From Octopus vulgaris (Eukaryota): a stretch of 64,000 nucleotides of DNA. Where the stretch lies: positions 153,388,001 through 153,452,000 of the forward strand of contig OX597814.1 in the NCBI GenBank assembly GCA_951406725.2. The letters run 5' to 3'. Shown in pieces: positions 49,191 to 63,300 of this stretch. A program made the position numbers and the translations under genes. The first letter of the stretch is position 1; each line of letters starts with the position of its first letter. The notes under the pieces are model-generated. The model was not told where the DNA came from, ran no database searches, and was given only the letters and a program-made list of their open reading frames with translations.

Positions 49191-50444
49191 CAGGGTGCAT
49201 AAGATATTTGAGGACAGACTTATGTTTATAAACAAAAAGATATATAATAACAGATAACTTTATTTATCAAAAAATGCTATGAGGATAAAAATATACCCTT
49301 TTCTATAATGTTATTCAAAAAAGCCACCTTCAGCTTCAACAACTGCTTCTATATGAGATCTAAATCATCTCCATGCTCAAATCAAGTGGTCCTGCTTCAT
49401 TTTGGACATTACTCTGACTATGGCAGCTTTCAAAGAATTTTTGGTGTTATGGGCATGTTCATTGACCTCTCTCTCAATAACGCTCCACATGTAATAGTCC
49501 AATGCATTGAGATCTGGGGAATTGTTCTAGTCAAATGTTAGGGGATATGTGATCATGAAAATTTTCAGCCATCCATTCCTCTGTTACTAGAGCCATGTGT
49601 GATAGTGCAGTCTTATGGAAATGCATATGGCCTTCCATTGTATATACTATCTATCCAGAGCTTAATAATTATTTCCAGTATCTCAACGGGGGTAGCAGAG
49701 GTAACTCTAAGGCCTTGTGGAAAGAAGTAAGGAGGCATTACATGTCCATTGCTGACAACCCCTAAAACCATGACAGTTGCAGGAAATTTTGTATGCATAA
49801 CACTTGGGACTTCAGAAGGGTCTCAACATAACCATCTGTCATTTCTTCTGTTAACTTTTTGATTTTGGTTGAAGTTTTTCTTGTTTGAGAAAAACCAAAT
49901 CAAATCTCCTTCTGCTGGATTTTTCAGTTTGTTTAAGAGCCTTTTAGATCTGATGTAGTGATTTTCTTTTGCTTTTTCCGACAAATTGACCTTTCCTCCT
50001 CATATAAGACTTATATCTGATCTCTTCGTGGACAACATTTCTGACTGTTCTTTCTGACACATGGAGATCTTTTGCAATTGACCTCATGGACTTTCTGGGA
50101 TAGTAATCAATGTTCTATTGAACTTACTGGATAAATTCAGGTGTTCTGATGATTTCAGAGCATTTAGAATGCTTTTTATGCTTTGATATTGGTGATACTT
50201 TTCTATCTTCAGTGCCTAGCTCCTTACAAACTTTGTAGAAAGATTTGGCAACTTTTAAAAATTGAGATATTTCTAAATCGCTATGCTCAGCCTTTATTAC
50301 CACAATAACATCATGTCTCTTCATTTCTTGAGTAAGCTAAGGGTCTGCCATTATGATTTTCTGAAACAAAGATTATACAGAGTTAGCAAAAAATGCAGCA
50401 ATGACCCCAAAAAAGGTATGTCCTCAAATACCTTATGCACCCTA
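49191..50444 (-). mobile_element. Full-length defective Tc1/mariner element, DD37D (maT) type, 1254 bp
   Basis: TIRs cagggtgcataagatatttgaggaca and, reverse-complemented, tagggtgcataaggtatttgaggaca, flanked by TA. The transposase relic at 50351-49311 retains NRRNDRW, KFPATVMVLGVVS, PDLNALDYY and EAEGGFFE*. After restoring frameshifts there are about 37 residues between the second and third Asp. Confidence 0.92.
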
Positions 50445-50458
50445 TATATATATATATA

Positions 50459-50810
50459 TCATCATCGTTTAACGTCCGCTTTCCATGCTAGCATGGGTTG
50501 GACGATTTTGAGTGATGGCTGGCGAGCCAGATGGCTGCACCAGGCTCCAATCTTGATCTGGCAAAGTTTCTACAGCTGGATGCCCTTCCTAACGCCAACC
50601 ACTCAGAGTGTAGTGGGTGCTTTTTACGTGCCACCGGCATGGGGGCCAGTCAGGCGGCACTGGCAACAACCTCACTTGAATCTTTTTTTACACAGGTGCC
50701 AGTGAAGTGACGTTGGTAACGATCACGCTCGAATGGTGCCCTTTTACGTGTCACGGGTGCGGAAGCCAGTTGGCTGCTCTGGCAACGATCATGCTCAGAT
50801 GGTGCTCTTA
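50459..50810 (-). mobile_element. RTE-tailed SINE-like repeat (family D)
   Basis: Homologous to 38679-39103; its (GAT)n tail abuts the TA tract that flanks the maT element. Confidence 0.85.
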
Positions 50811-51271
50811 GTTATCTAAGAATCCAGAAGTCCAATAAAAATAGGTACTTGTATATTTGTCATTAGAGTGGGTATATTAATCAAAGTATCAGTATTATAG
50901 ATCCATTACACCTGGTCTTAGTAATCAGTTTCACACCTACCATCTCTGATGTGAACACTTATTAGATAAGTATCCAGTTAATATCTGGTGCAAAACCAAT
51001 TAGAAAGATCAACTATAATGGATCAATAATGCTACATAGTTAAATTTATATATATATATCTGTTTATTCACTGAAGCAAATAAACTATGGAACTCAATAC
51101 ATAATTATAGGGTATTCTTTAATACATCGTAACTAAAAGTGTCATAATTCCAAACTAAACATTTCTGATGATTCAGGTGGCAATCCAAGCCAGTTTTGCC
51201 TTTGAAGTATCTGTTGTTTGAATATATCTTTTGAAATATTGTATACTGCCCGACAACACACACACACACAC

Positions 51272-51770
51272 ATCATTGAATAGTATATTACTGGCTATAA
51301 CACATTAACCGGTCAGAATGTTAGCGTTAGTTTTGTGTCAGTCATATGTCAAACTAGTAATATACTGCTTGATGATATAAAGATACAACTGGTCCATTTC
51401 TCACACTGAATGTGTTATTTTTCTGACTCATGGACAACTTACTGATAATTTACACACTCCCTTAGCCACAGAATGCATTACAAAAGGCCACCACATGGTT
51501 TGTATTTTATAGCTACTTCTCCAGCTGTGTACTTGTACACAGTTACAAACAGATTTTCCTTATATTATTTTTGTGGATATGGAGTCAAACAATCTCAGTT
51601 ACTTAACTATGAACATACAGTAGTTAGCATGAAACTGATGGTGACATTTTGACCAGTTGTATGCTATAGCCCATAATATACTGCTTGATTATATAAAAAT
51701 ATAACTGCTCTATTTCTCATACTAAGTTGTGATTTTCTTCTGAATTATGACAACTAACTGTTAACACACA
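51272..51770. repeat. Mosaic of direct and inverted repeats, probably an old non-autonomous DNA element
   Basis: ~51357-51458 is directly repeated at ~51675-51770, and ~51272-51340 is inverted relative to ~51625-51690. Confidence 0.6.
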
Positions 51771-54700
51771 CATGTGTTTGTATGTATGAATGGATGTATC
51801 ACTGGCATATTTTTAGAATCTACAGATCAGTAGGCCAACTTTTGTACTTCATTGATTAGACCATAAGTTATTGTCCAGCTACATAGGTGCTTTTCTCTGA
51901 TATGAAATACTGATGTTGTAAAGTGTATTAAGATTTGTAAAATGGCATTAGCAGTAAAAAATATGAATAGATTACATCTTCAATTTCTAACTTGTATACA
52001 TAGAAACAGTTTTAGTTAAATAATAGCACACAATAAGAAACGAAGGTTTTAATTGCATTGATCAAACTCTCCAACTGATACCAATTTACCTTTTTTTTTT
52101 TTTTTTCAGAGAGGAATTAGTTTCCAATACATTTAGCATTTTCAATAGCAATAAACAAGTCTCAAGGATAAACGTTTGAGAAAGTTGCATAATTTTGTCA
52201 TAAACAAAAACATTTTCTCATCTCTTCTAGTGCAGGTAGAAAAATAGCTAATAACTCTCAAGATAAAAGAGGCGACAAGTGTATAACAATGAATACAGTT
52301 TACAAAAATGTTCTCTCTGAAGATTACATCTTTAGTACTACTTAAGTGGACTTTTCACTATCTCAAGAGTCAAATAAATACTTGATAGAATTTCAAAATT
52401 AATTACCTATTTTATATAAACTTACAGCAATGTTATAGTTAGTAAAATGATCAGGGAATTTTCATGAGTACTGCTAATATTAAATGTTAGAATCCCAAGA
52501 TACAATTTTCATACAAAAGTTGAATCAGTTCAAACTAATTCATAATATTTATTTGAAATTCACTATTTGTATCATGTATGAACTATTTAGTTTTATCTAA
52601 ACCAAACTGTCAAAAATATACAGGAAATGATAATGTAAATAACTAGCATTAAGTTGGTATTAAGATGTGAAAATTAGATTTGGAAAATCACATACAGGAA
52701 TAGCTGTGAGGTTAAAAAGCTCACTTGCAACCACGTGCTTTCAGATTCAGTTCCACTGTGTGGCACCTTGGGCAAGTATCCTGTACTACAAACCTGGGCT
52801 GCCCAAAGTCTTGTGAGTAAATCTGGTAGCTGGAAACTACATATGTGTCTTTGTTCTCACCACTGCTTGACAACTCTTGTTGATCTGTTTATGTCCCCAT
52901 AACTTAGTAGTTCAGCAAAAGAGGTGGACAAAATAAATACCAGACTTTATGTTTACCTGAGAATATTGATTTCAAATCTTGGTACAAGGCCAGCAATTTC
53001 AACCTCAGTGCTCAACTGGCACTTATTTTATCAACTTCAAAAGGATGAAAGACAAAGTCGACTTTGGCAAAATTTGAACTCAGAAGATAAAGATGGATAA
53101 AATGCCACTAAGCATTTGCCCAGCATGCTAATGATTCTGCCACCCTGCTGCCTTATGTTTACATCACTTATATCTGAAGGATTCTGGAAACTTTAACTAG
53201 TTTTGCTTAGATAAAAAAAAAAACAAAAGAAGAAATGTCCTGAGTACCAAGACAGAAAGCACACATCCTCAGAGATAATAAGGATGTGAAGGTAAACTTA
53301 CTGCTCAGGACAGAAGATCGTTAATAATGAGAAAAGATATAGCAACTAGAACCAATTTGAGATGGAAAAGTATAGTACTTCATACAACACATTGTTTTAT
53401 TGCTCACTGGTTTTTAACACTTATTCATGTGCATTTTTGTCACAAGCAATAGCATGATACACATATAAATGAACATCACCAAACAAGGAAGGTAGCTTGT
53501 TTCTAGTCTTTCATGCAAAAACATGCCTAGCTATGGAAAAACATTACCCTGCTTGGAAGCAGGTGAGGGTTGGCAACAGGAAGGGCATCTGGCCATAGGA
53601 AACCTGCCTCAACAACTTTTGTCTGACCCATGCCAGCATGAAAAAGGTTGATATTTAATAATGATGCACACATAACAGACTGTCTTGTAAAACACACTCA
53701 GTTGAATTAAATGGAAATTCATTAATATGTATGTTGCAGTCATATTCCTTCTTGTCTGAGGAGCCTATAGATTTCAAAATAGAATTACTGACATCTAAGA
53801 GAATTACAGGTTTCAGAAAAACTCAACACAATAGTATTTACTCATTGTGTAAGAAGGTGTTATTAAAAAATTCCTTATGTTATTTGTTGTTGCAACACAA
53901 AAAGAGGCTTCACATTGAAAATCTAAGTAGTTACTTCATGAATAAAGATAGCTTAGTAATTAAAATGTAAAATTAAAGTAGTAATTGGATACTACAAACA
54001 GAATAGTTGGACCAATTTTAGGACTACAAGCACATATAGATGCAGGACTAAAGACAAGAACTCTTGGAGCCAATATCCTATCATGAATATGGTAATATTT
54101 CATGTCATCACTTATGCTAATAAATCTAATAAGCTAATAAATCTAATAAATAAAATTGATTTTGAAATGGAAAATGGACAGCTTGTGGAGAAAGATAAAC
54201 AATAACTCAATGCACAGAGTTTCTTGCTAATTATGTATATAACAAATAAAACAATACAAAAAAAAAGGAAAATGTCAAATAAAAGAAGAAAGATTTGTGA
54301 ACATAAAAATAAGAAAATCCTTTTATTCAGATTAAATTCATATCAGCATGAAAATGTTTAGAAAATATTTAGATATATATAATTCAACCTGGTGCTGTTG
54401 TGTATGTGTGTGAGTTTGATTCATCATTCTTGTCAGTGAAGCATAATTTTTTTTTTCCACAAACATGATTGACAGAGGGAGGGAAGGAGGAAAGGAGAAA
54501 GAAAATGAGAGAGAAAGTGTATGTATGTAGGTATGTATGTGATGTAACCCAAAGTCAGCTCAAATCCGGCAGGCCTATAATCAAAAATGCTCCAGGCATA
54601 ACCATCCTACATTACTTTTCAAACAGTATATTTGGGACAACTTAACCCAGTATGTTGTTTTCTTTTTCAAGATTGTAGGGTGTGATTTGTGGGAAATTTT

Positions 54701-57508
54701 GCTATTTCTAACAGTACGAGAGACTATAAAAGCACTGTTTTTCTTTCCCATTTTTTTTGTTGAAAGGCTATATATACAGCAACAATCAGAAATAGCATTT
54801 TATTTCAGGATATAAACATCACAACTTTGTATACAAATTCTCACAGGTTTTTTGCCAAGCCAAAAAGAAAGATGTCACTTTAGTCCACACTTTTAGTTCA
54901 ACATAAGTACTTTTGAAAATGAAATATGCATATGTAAACTGCAACAAAGAATAAGCTCCATCACTGACATATTTTACAGATTCAATCTGCTAAACACCAT
55001 TTGAGATAAGTAAAATGTTCGACTAAAATTCAAAATTAAAAACAAAATTCTAATAGATTTAGATATCAAAGTAATTAAATTAACAAAAATGAAAGTAAAG
55101 AAAATTAGAAATTCAAAGTAAATCATAGGATTTCTAAACCCACATGAAGTACTTAATATACAAAATTATACAGACATATATATATAATAGGTGTAGGTAT
55201 GGTTGTGAAGCTTGCTTCCTAACCATCTGGTCTTGGGTTCAGTTTCACCAAACAGGACCTTAGGCAAGTGTCTTCTATAACCTCAGGCTGACCAAAGCCT
55301 GATGAGTGGATTTTGTAGACAGAAACTGAGAGTCAATTATATATATACATATATATATGAGTATGTATATGTGTGTTTGTGTGTACCCCTGTACACATCA
55401 TGTGATAATTGTAAATGAGCATCACTGTCATACAAGCAAGGCTGTTCATTTCCAGTCTTCTTCATCATTTTTAAAGTTCACTTTCCATACTTACACAAGT
55501 CAGATGAGAGCATATTGGAGCAGTTTTCTACATCCAAATGCTCTGCATGTCATCAGTACCCCATTTGTTTCCAAGTGAGGTAATAAACTAAGTCTACTGA
55601 ACAAAACAGCCCAGATATGTTTATAGAGAGAAATGGAAACACATGACACCATATAAATGAAAAAGATTGTGCATTATGTCAAAACATATTAGGAAGCCCA
55701 GAAATGCTTCTGTGGAGGGGTACAAGCAAATGACAATGTTAATGAAGCCATTGTCAACGATGGACTTCTTTCATTTTCTGTTTATCAAATCCACTTACAA
55801 GTTTTAGGCTAGCCTGGGGCTTATAGTAGAAGACACTTGACCAAGGTGCCATATAGCAGGACTGCATCTGAAGCCACATAACTGGGAAGCGAACTTACTA
55901 ACTAACTAACTAACTATCTGGTTAATAAAAATCACAAAAACTGGCAGAAGGTAAAGGAAGAAAAATCTATCAAAAACACCAGACAATGTTTTGAACAAAA
56001 TATTGAAAAACTACATTTCTTCCTATTTTGAAAGTAAATGAACATATAAAAAAAGAAATTTTAATCAAATTCCATTTTTTGTTAAAAAAAAAAAAAAAAT
56101 CTCCAGATAATTTCACACATGACCAAATAAATGAGCTGAATTACATTGGATGAAACTTTCCTATTTATGTGTGTGCACATGTGTGAAAAACACAGACATC
56201 AAATTTAGCAAATTATTGACATGCATTCTTAGGTTTTCTTAAACTTCAACAAGTTGTAAATTTACTCAAGATGGAAGTAAACAGAAGAAATATTGCCATC
56301 ATTTTCGAAAATAAAACCAAAGAAAACCATAACTAGATTCAAATGTCAACAGGATGTTTAACAAGATTTAGAAGGTCAATTAATCAATCAATAATCAGGA
56401 ATTGATTTTTTTTTTTAAAGCAGTAAAATGTTTATTGAATACTAATATAAATGATGAAATAATTGCAAAATGTAGTTGTATTGATTTTGTTAAACTTAAA
56501 GACACTTCATTAATATTATTTCATATATAGTTAAACAATTAAAAAAAAAACTCGAAAGACATTATGAATGAGATATAAGAAATCAGCTTATAATCCAATT
56601 GATTTATACTGAGTATAGTCAAGATTATTTCTCTATCAGGCCATAAAATTATGTTCCAGTAACAAATTTGAATATTAAAGATTTAGACAGTTGGATATAA
56701 TAATGTTTTGAAGAACTATAATAAAAACTTCAAAAAAGTATAAATGTTCAACGCATAACATGAAATCTTAAGCTGGCCAATTTAAAATATTCAATGTTAG
56801 CCATAAAATATATTTTGTCAACTTAATGAAGGTGCTTCTATGTGGTTGGTTGTTCAACATGTCAGAAACAGCATTTAAATCACCCTCAAATAACACCCTA
56901 ATGTCTTCAAAGATATATGGACACATTATTTGATATAGCCTCATATAATCTTGAAAGCAGCATTAGTTATGGCTGGAATGCATTTCATCACTGAGGTGTG
57001 CTCAATAATTGTTGACAGAGCTAAATAACAACTTCTTTGTTGATATCTAATATTTTTTTTATTAGTATAGAGATAGGCAAAGTAGCAAGCTAGCAGATTC
57101 CCTAGTGCAATTGAACAAAATGCTTAGTAGCATTTCTTCCAACACTTCGTGTTCAAATCATGCTGAGGTCAACTTTGCCTTTCATCCTTTCACAGTCAAT
57201 AAGAGATATCAGTTGGTTGGACACTGGAGGTCAACCTAATTGACTTACCCCATCCTCCAAAGACTCGTTGGTCTTATGCCAGAATTTGAAACCATTATTG
57301 TAGAGCAGAGAGAGAAACAAGCAATTGAACACAAGACAAATGAAAACCAAGAGACCTGTTCTTCAAAGAACAAACACTTGATCTGTAATAAGAAATCAAA
57401 AGGAATGATTAACCAATCAAAGAATTTCATCTAAGCATAGAGCTAGCTAGCAACATGGCTCAGGCTAAAATATACATTGCAGCCTTATTCCATTTCCACA
57501 ATATTTAA

Positions 57509-57728
57509 CCCTTTATCATTTAAACTGGCTATATCCAGCCCAAATATTCTACCTGTTTTATGTTCAAACTGGCCATATTCAGCCTCTCACAACTACCCTG
57601 CAATGTCATATTAAAAGTAAATATGCATATCATTGAAATCTCGATGCAAAAAGATAATGCACAAGTAATTCAAAACAGCGGGAATAAATAAACATCACAT
57701 TAGACAAAATAATCTGAATGATAAAGGG
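57509..57728. mobile_element. piggyBac-type MITE (220 bp)
   Basis: Perfect 12-bp TIR (ccctttatcatt / aatgataaaggg) with TTAA on both sides (57505-57508 and 57729-57732). Confidence 0.9.
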
Positions 57729-58254
57729 TTAATATAAATTATGCTTGAATCAACTGCATATTTTCCATTTTACCTCTCAGGATATTTACAAATGTTTAAA
57801 AACTACTTTTTACATTCCAGCTTAATTCTAAAATCTTTTCAGAAAATCCACCCAAACAGGATTAAAAATTTATGAAATTATCAAGGTAATATGAAAGCCT
57901 TTATTCAGCTGCTTAACTGGTAATCAAACACCTCAACTCATACAGTATCATCTTTGAAAAGAAGACACATTGGATTAATTTTGAACATGTGACTGTTTAG
58001 CAAGCGACTGGATCTGAGACTGTATTTTGAAACAAACAATTAGTGTGGAAGAATCATTTTTGAAACCACACAAAAGCAATTAACTTTACTTAAACATTTA
58101 TTATTCAGTATCAAAATTTTTGTTGCATTATCTTCAACCTGGCTACTGACACATGTAGTCCTAGATATGGTGTCTGATAAAAAAAGAAAAAGAATGGATG
58201 GTCACAACTGGAGTGTCATTAATTAGTGTCAGTTTCATCCTATTTTTATTCAAG

Positions 58255-59250
58255 GAAATGGTGATTGATATTTCATGGTCATCAGGAATAGCAATCAGGT
58301 TTCAGGTTTCTCATGTACAAATGAAGGCAATCTTTTGGAACTTAAGATATTAAGTAGAAATGCTATATTACTGGAGCAAAATTTATTACTAAGTGATTGA
58401 AATGCAACATATTTCAATGCTAGCATACAAAATGATGTGATACAGTCCTTATCAGCCTACATTCTATCAAAAGTAATAGCTGAAACCAAAATGGCAATTA
58501 TTGATATCAGCAGAACTGCAATATAACTATAAATGGCAATGCAACAGAATGATTTATAAAATTCAGCAAATTACCTGGAACAATGCCCAAAAATCTTTTG
58601 AAGATATTTCTTTGAACAATCAAAAACTTAGGGTTGTCAATAACTGTGGGCAACCCAGTCATTCTTTCAATGAAGCAAACACTATGTTGGGTGAAATATG
58701 TGATCTTCAAATAAAGGTTAAGGACACTATTTCAAACATATTCTTCAAACATAGTTATGCACACAATTTAAATTTGGTTTTAAGTGATGCAACAAACTTC
58801 AATATTCAAACCAAGTTAATTTTTTTCTTAATAGTACTAGAAGAGCAATGCAGTTATATCAGATCTGTTGTACTATTTCTCAAGATAATTCTAATACAAT
58901 ATGGGCATCCAAAAAGTCAGCACTGGGGGAAGTAGTAGTTATTTTACACAAAATTTTCTTAATGAGAATATACTGCACTCCTAAGCATCTAGCTGAGGCA
59001 AAAAATATGCTAGAAACCCTCAATATTTCAGAATTCTCAGCTGTTCTTATACTCTATAGTGAAGTATTAGATAAAACTTTCAGTATATTCATATATTTAT
59101 AAGCAAGTTATCTAGAGCTAGTAACAACCTTTCATTTGATAACATTTTGGAAAAACATGCAAAATGAGTAAAAATCTCAATTTAAGTAAATTGAAAATGA
59201 AGCAACGGAGTTCACTCCAAAATTTATATTCTTCTTTTCATGAGTCTTTG
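58255..59250 (+). pseudogene. hAT (ZMYM1/Tip100-like) transposase relic
   Basis: Decayed motifs FHGHQE...NEGNLLEL...ATYFNASIQNDVI and HSYAHNLNLVLSDA (the hAT CxxH motif HCYAHxLNL), with multiple stops and frameshifts. No TIRs found. Confidence 0.8.
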
Positions 59251-59879
59251 AGTGTTATGCTCAACTATGAAATGAAATCAAAAACCTAACTGAAATTTTT
59301 TACTTAATGAAACACTATGATGATTATCTATAAATTTAAAGCATTTATAAAGTACAGAATTTCCATGAGTCCTAGTCGTGTGATATTATAGAGACAATAA
59401 AAATCCTATAATATATTGTGCAAGAAAAAGAATATTTGATACCTGAAAGTAATTATAGTTCAATTATTATTTGTTCTAAGATTTGGTTATAGTAATACGA
59501 GTAGAAGATTTTAGTAATTTAAAAAAAAATTGTAGTTATTCTAATTTTAAATAGGAATTTAAAATTATTTGGTATGCCTCCTAGAATTTAAATTTAAGAG
59601 CTCATTCCACTTAACTTTAGAATCTGGCTATGACCCAAGCAAGTTGAAATCTTCAGACAACTGTTATAACGCTGTCATAATTCACCAACATTACCCATGG
59701 ATACAGCATATAACTGATTTAAGATGGAAACGGCATGCCCATTGCTTATATAGGAATATATAGATAAAAGAACAGAGAAATAAAAAAAAAAAGCAATTGT
59801 TTTAAAACACTGTAAATATAACATTATTCTTAATCACAAAAGATAAATTGTGTTAGAATAATTTTATGGCTCCTCACTT

Positions 59880-62800
59880 CCTTTTGAGAATCTGCACTTC
59901 ATATGTGGTGATGTAACTACACATTAATTAACTGAGAAGATTAGCATGATTTAGTAGGGTTAGTAGTTTGGGAGGGGTTGGAGATTAGATATTAGTGGCA
60001 TTAATAGTTGCGAAAAAATTGATAATGTTGATTTGTTATAAACAAAACTACATTGCCTGATCACACGATTTAGGCAGTGGCTCGACAAGAGATGGAAAAG
60101 CTGGTGATGTTGACCCATTGATAACATTATCATGATTAGCTAATGTGTTTGGAGAAGGATATTTAAGAGCTACTTTTTTCAATTGATGTTAACCTAACTT
60201 TTTTTTATCTGCATGTTAATCCAGACAGCATTTCTGCCAGCAACAATCAGATAAAAAGCATCTGTAGGAAATTTCATTATTTTATTCGCAAAATGAACCG
60301 TTTGTGCAATCTCATAAAAAAGGGTTTACTGCAACTCTTAATTGTCTGTCAAGTAATTTCTCAGCTGGAGATAACTTGCATATATCTAATACACTGCAAT
60401 ATTTGAAAAGAACCTTTAGCAAGTACTTCGCAAACTTTCTAACTGATAAACTACATGTAACCTTTTAATGCAGACTTTGTTTGCATTTTATTGTACCATT
60501 AGATTTTGGATTCTAAGTAGTACTATCAATTTTCTTGCACACAAGTTGGGTTAACCAGTCTTTTTATTGAAAAGATTCTGGACCACTGCCTAATACCATT
60601 AATACCAAATGTAGAAGATGGAAAAGTGACATTTCCATACATTTCCTGAACTCTTGCTGCAGCACAAAAAGCTAAGTAGTCAACTATGATCAATACAGTT
60701 CCAGAAGTTTGAGTGTTTCTTTAAACCCGTATATAATCTTTCCTACAGTCAAGATTCAAATTCTTTATCGGTGTAATGGTGCCTTTCAAGAATGCCTTTA
60801 AATCTGATTTTAGAACAAATGTCACAAGATCTGACAAACTATTCAGAGTTTCTACCAAAATTAGGCCAGTAAACAAGCCCTTGATTTTTTTCATTGTTTG
60901 GTGTACACTTATGTGTGTGTCATGAATTGTAGGAAGAAATTTTGCATAAGTTTAATATAAATATAGTCTTTTTTATTCATTCTATTGTTAAAATACATTT
61001 ACTACAGTCAATTCAGAACAAATGATAAATTATCATTCTCAAAGGGTTAGTCTAAAACAAACTTTTCTAGTAAACAAAGAGTAAATGTGTTGAAATAATT
61101 TTTGAGGACTTCTTCTGATTGGAACATCAGCAAAAAATTCATGATTATCTAGGTCACAATATTGCATGAAACTGATCTTAATTACATGTTAGTCTACAAA
61201 CAGCCTCAACATGATTGATGGTTTTACCAAGTATTTTGAATGATTTAAAAATCATAATGATAATTCGAGGATCCATCTGGCAATCTGCTGATGGAAAGAA
61301 ACATCACGATCATTTGGAAAAATAAATTTCAATAGTTGATGATCAGACTCTAGTGTTAAAAATTTCTCTGAGGTATGGCTGTGTGGTTAAGAAACTCACT
61401 TTGCAATTATGCGGTTTCTGGTTCAGTCTCACTGTCTGGCAACTTGGACAGGTATCTTCTATTATAATCCCAAGCCAGTCAATGCTTTGTGAGTGAATTT
61501 GGTGGACAGAAACTGTGTGGAATCTCACTGTGTGTGTATGTGTTTGTCCCACACCCTACTGCTTGGCAACCAGTGTTTGCTTACAGTCCCATAACTTAGC
61601 AGTTCAGTAAATAGACCAACAGAATAAGTACCAAGCTTAAAAAACAAGTACTGGGGGTAATTGTTTGACAAAACCCTTCTAAGCAGTGTCCCAGCATGGC
61701 CACAGTCCAATGACTGAAACGAGTAAAAGATTAAAAATACTAAACTACTGGATAAGCTTCATATTCAATACTGCTTGAATTTCTCTGAATACTATCATGA
61801 CTAATAGGATAAATAATATATATGATTGATATATATACTATAGGCTTTCTCATTTGAGACAATCCTGCTCTTGCAAATTCAAAAGCATCAATAGGATGAC
61901 TTGTTTCACACTCAGTAGGAAGCATTACCCAAACAGGATATTGTGTAAGAAGTCCTTTCTTTCTACTTAAAAAGCATATTTTTAATACATCCCTTTTTTT
62001 GTCTGCTAGAAGAGGCTCAACATGAGCCTTACTTCCTTCTTTTGATTTAGGAACATTAATCCGTTAGATCTTTTCTATTAATAATGACTTGATCTCATCC
62101 TTTGAAATATTCATTCATAAGAAATCTAAAAGGCTCAATAATTAAGGGCTTTTATTTAGATTAATTGATACATTGGCGGCTTTTAGTCTGGCAATAACTT
62201 CATTTTCTTGGTTCTCCAATTTATTCAGTATTGCTATAAAGATGAATATATTGTCATGATATATAAATTATATCATTAATTCCCTTCAGAATAGCTTCCA
62301 TACAAGGTAGTAAAATAAAGCTGCTACTTTTGAGACTCATCTGAAGCTGATAGACAAAGTATAAAGCTTTGCTCTTAGAGCTCTCATCCCAACCAATCTG
62401 CCAATATACACTTTTTAAATCAGTTGCTTCTTACATAACAGTGAGTGACTATCATTTCAAAATGAAGAACTGGAAGAGAAAATGTTTGAATTGTGTCACT
62501 TTGTAATGATTAGAAGTTCTTAATTTCACACCTTTCCTTGATTACAAACAATTGGTGATGTATTGTTGGCAACTCTATGCAGACATGAAATTATAATTAT
62601 CATTACTTGAAGATTGTGAAGTTTATTTTCAGCTTTCCTTCTGGATGTGTATTGTAAGTGGGCAGGACAAACAAATTGTATTTTTAATCATAATTGATAC
62701 GGAAACTTTAGTGCTGTAACCTTTTATTAGTGACCAACAGTTAGAAACAGAAACATGACAAGATTTTAGAGTCTCTGTACTAATTAATCCTAAATTATAA

Positions 62801-63300
62801 GTGTTACTAAACCACAACAAAATTGAAGTGCTGTTTTTCAACTTCAAAGTCAAAGAAAGCTGCTGTAGTGTTAACTACTTTTAGTTTTGACTCATCACAA
62901 GAAGTTAAATGCTTATCAGTATATTTTATGATTAATGATGACTTCATAGACAGTGAAGCTGAGATGATGGAGCAGGCTGCACCAGTATCCAATTGCATTT
63001 AAACTGGATGACCATTTAAACTACAATTAACCCAATGTAAATTTGTTTTACAATTAACAGCCAAAGTTACTTTCTCATCATTGGATTGTTTAGTATTCAT
63101 ATCATTAATATTAGAGACAGACTTCATAGTTTTCACCTGCAGAATTCACTAAAATAACCCAGTTTACCACAAAGTATTTTTTCCCCTCATATGCAGAACA
63201 AAACCCAAAAGGATGTGATGATCCTCAACTGCTGCTATTTTCAACTTGACTTTACTCAGTTACTAAACTTTATATATATTACTTTCATGCAAAAGTAATA
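59880..63300 (-). mobile_element. Gypsy/Ty3 LTR retrotransposon gag-pol relic, heavily decayed
   Basis: Order on the minus strand: zinc-knuckle remnant LCGKLGYFSEFCR (~63140-63175); aspartic protease LNGHPV/KMQLDTGAACSII (~62960-63025); RNase H-like AGLSQMRKPIVY...QRNSSSIEYEAYPVV (~61745-61880) and IARWILELSDY (~61250-61285); then integrase-like sequence. LTRs not identified. Confidence 0.8.
61371..61735 (+). mobile_element. Family A SINE inserted in the Gypsy RNase H region
   Basis: A complete head-to-tail family A copy separates RNase H-like peptides on either side. Confidence 0.88.

Noticed and set aside
58501-59102. ORFs of 144 and 84 aa as a domesticated hAT gene
   Set aside because: Stops, frameshifts and degenerate catalytic motifs indicate a fossil.
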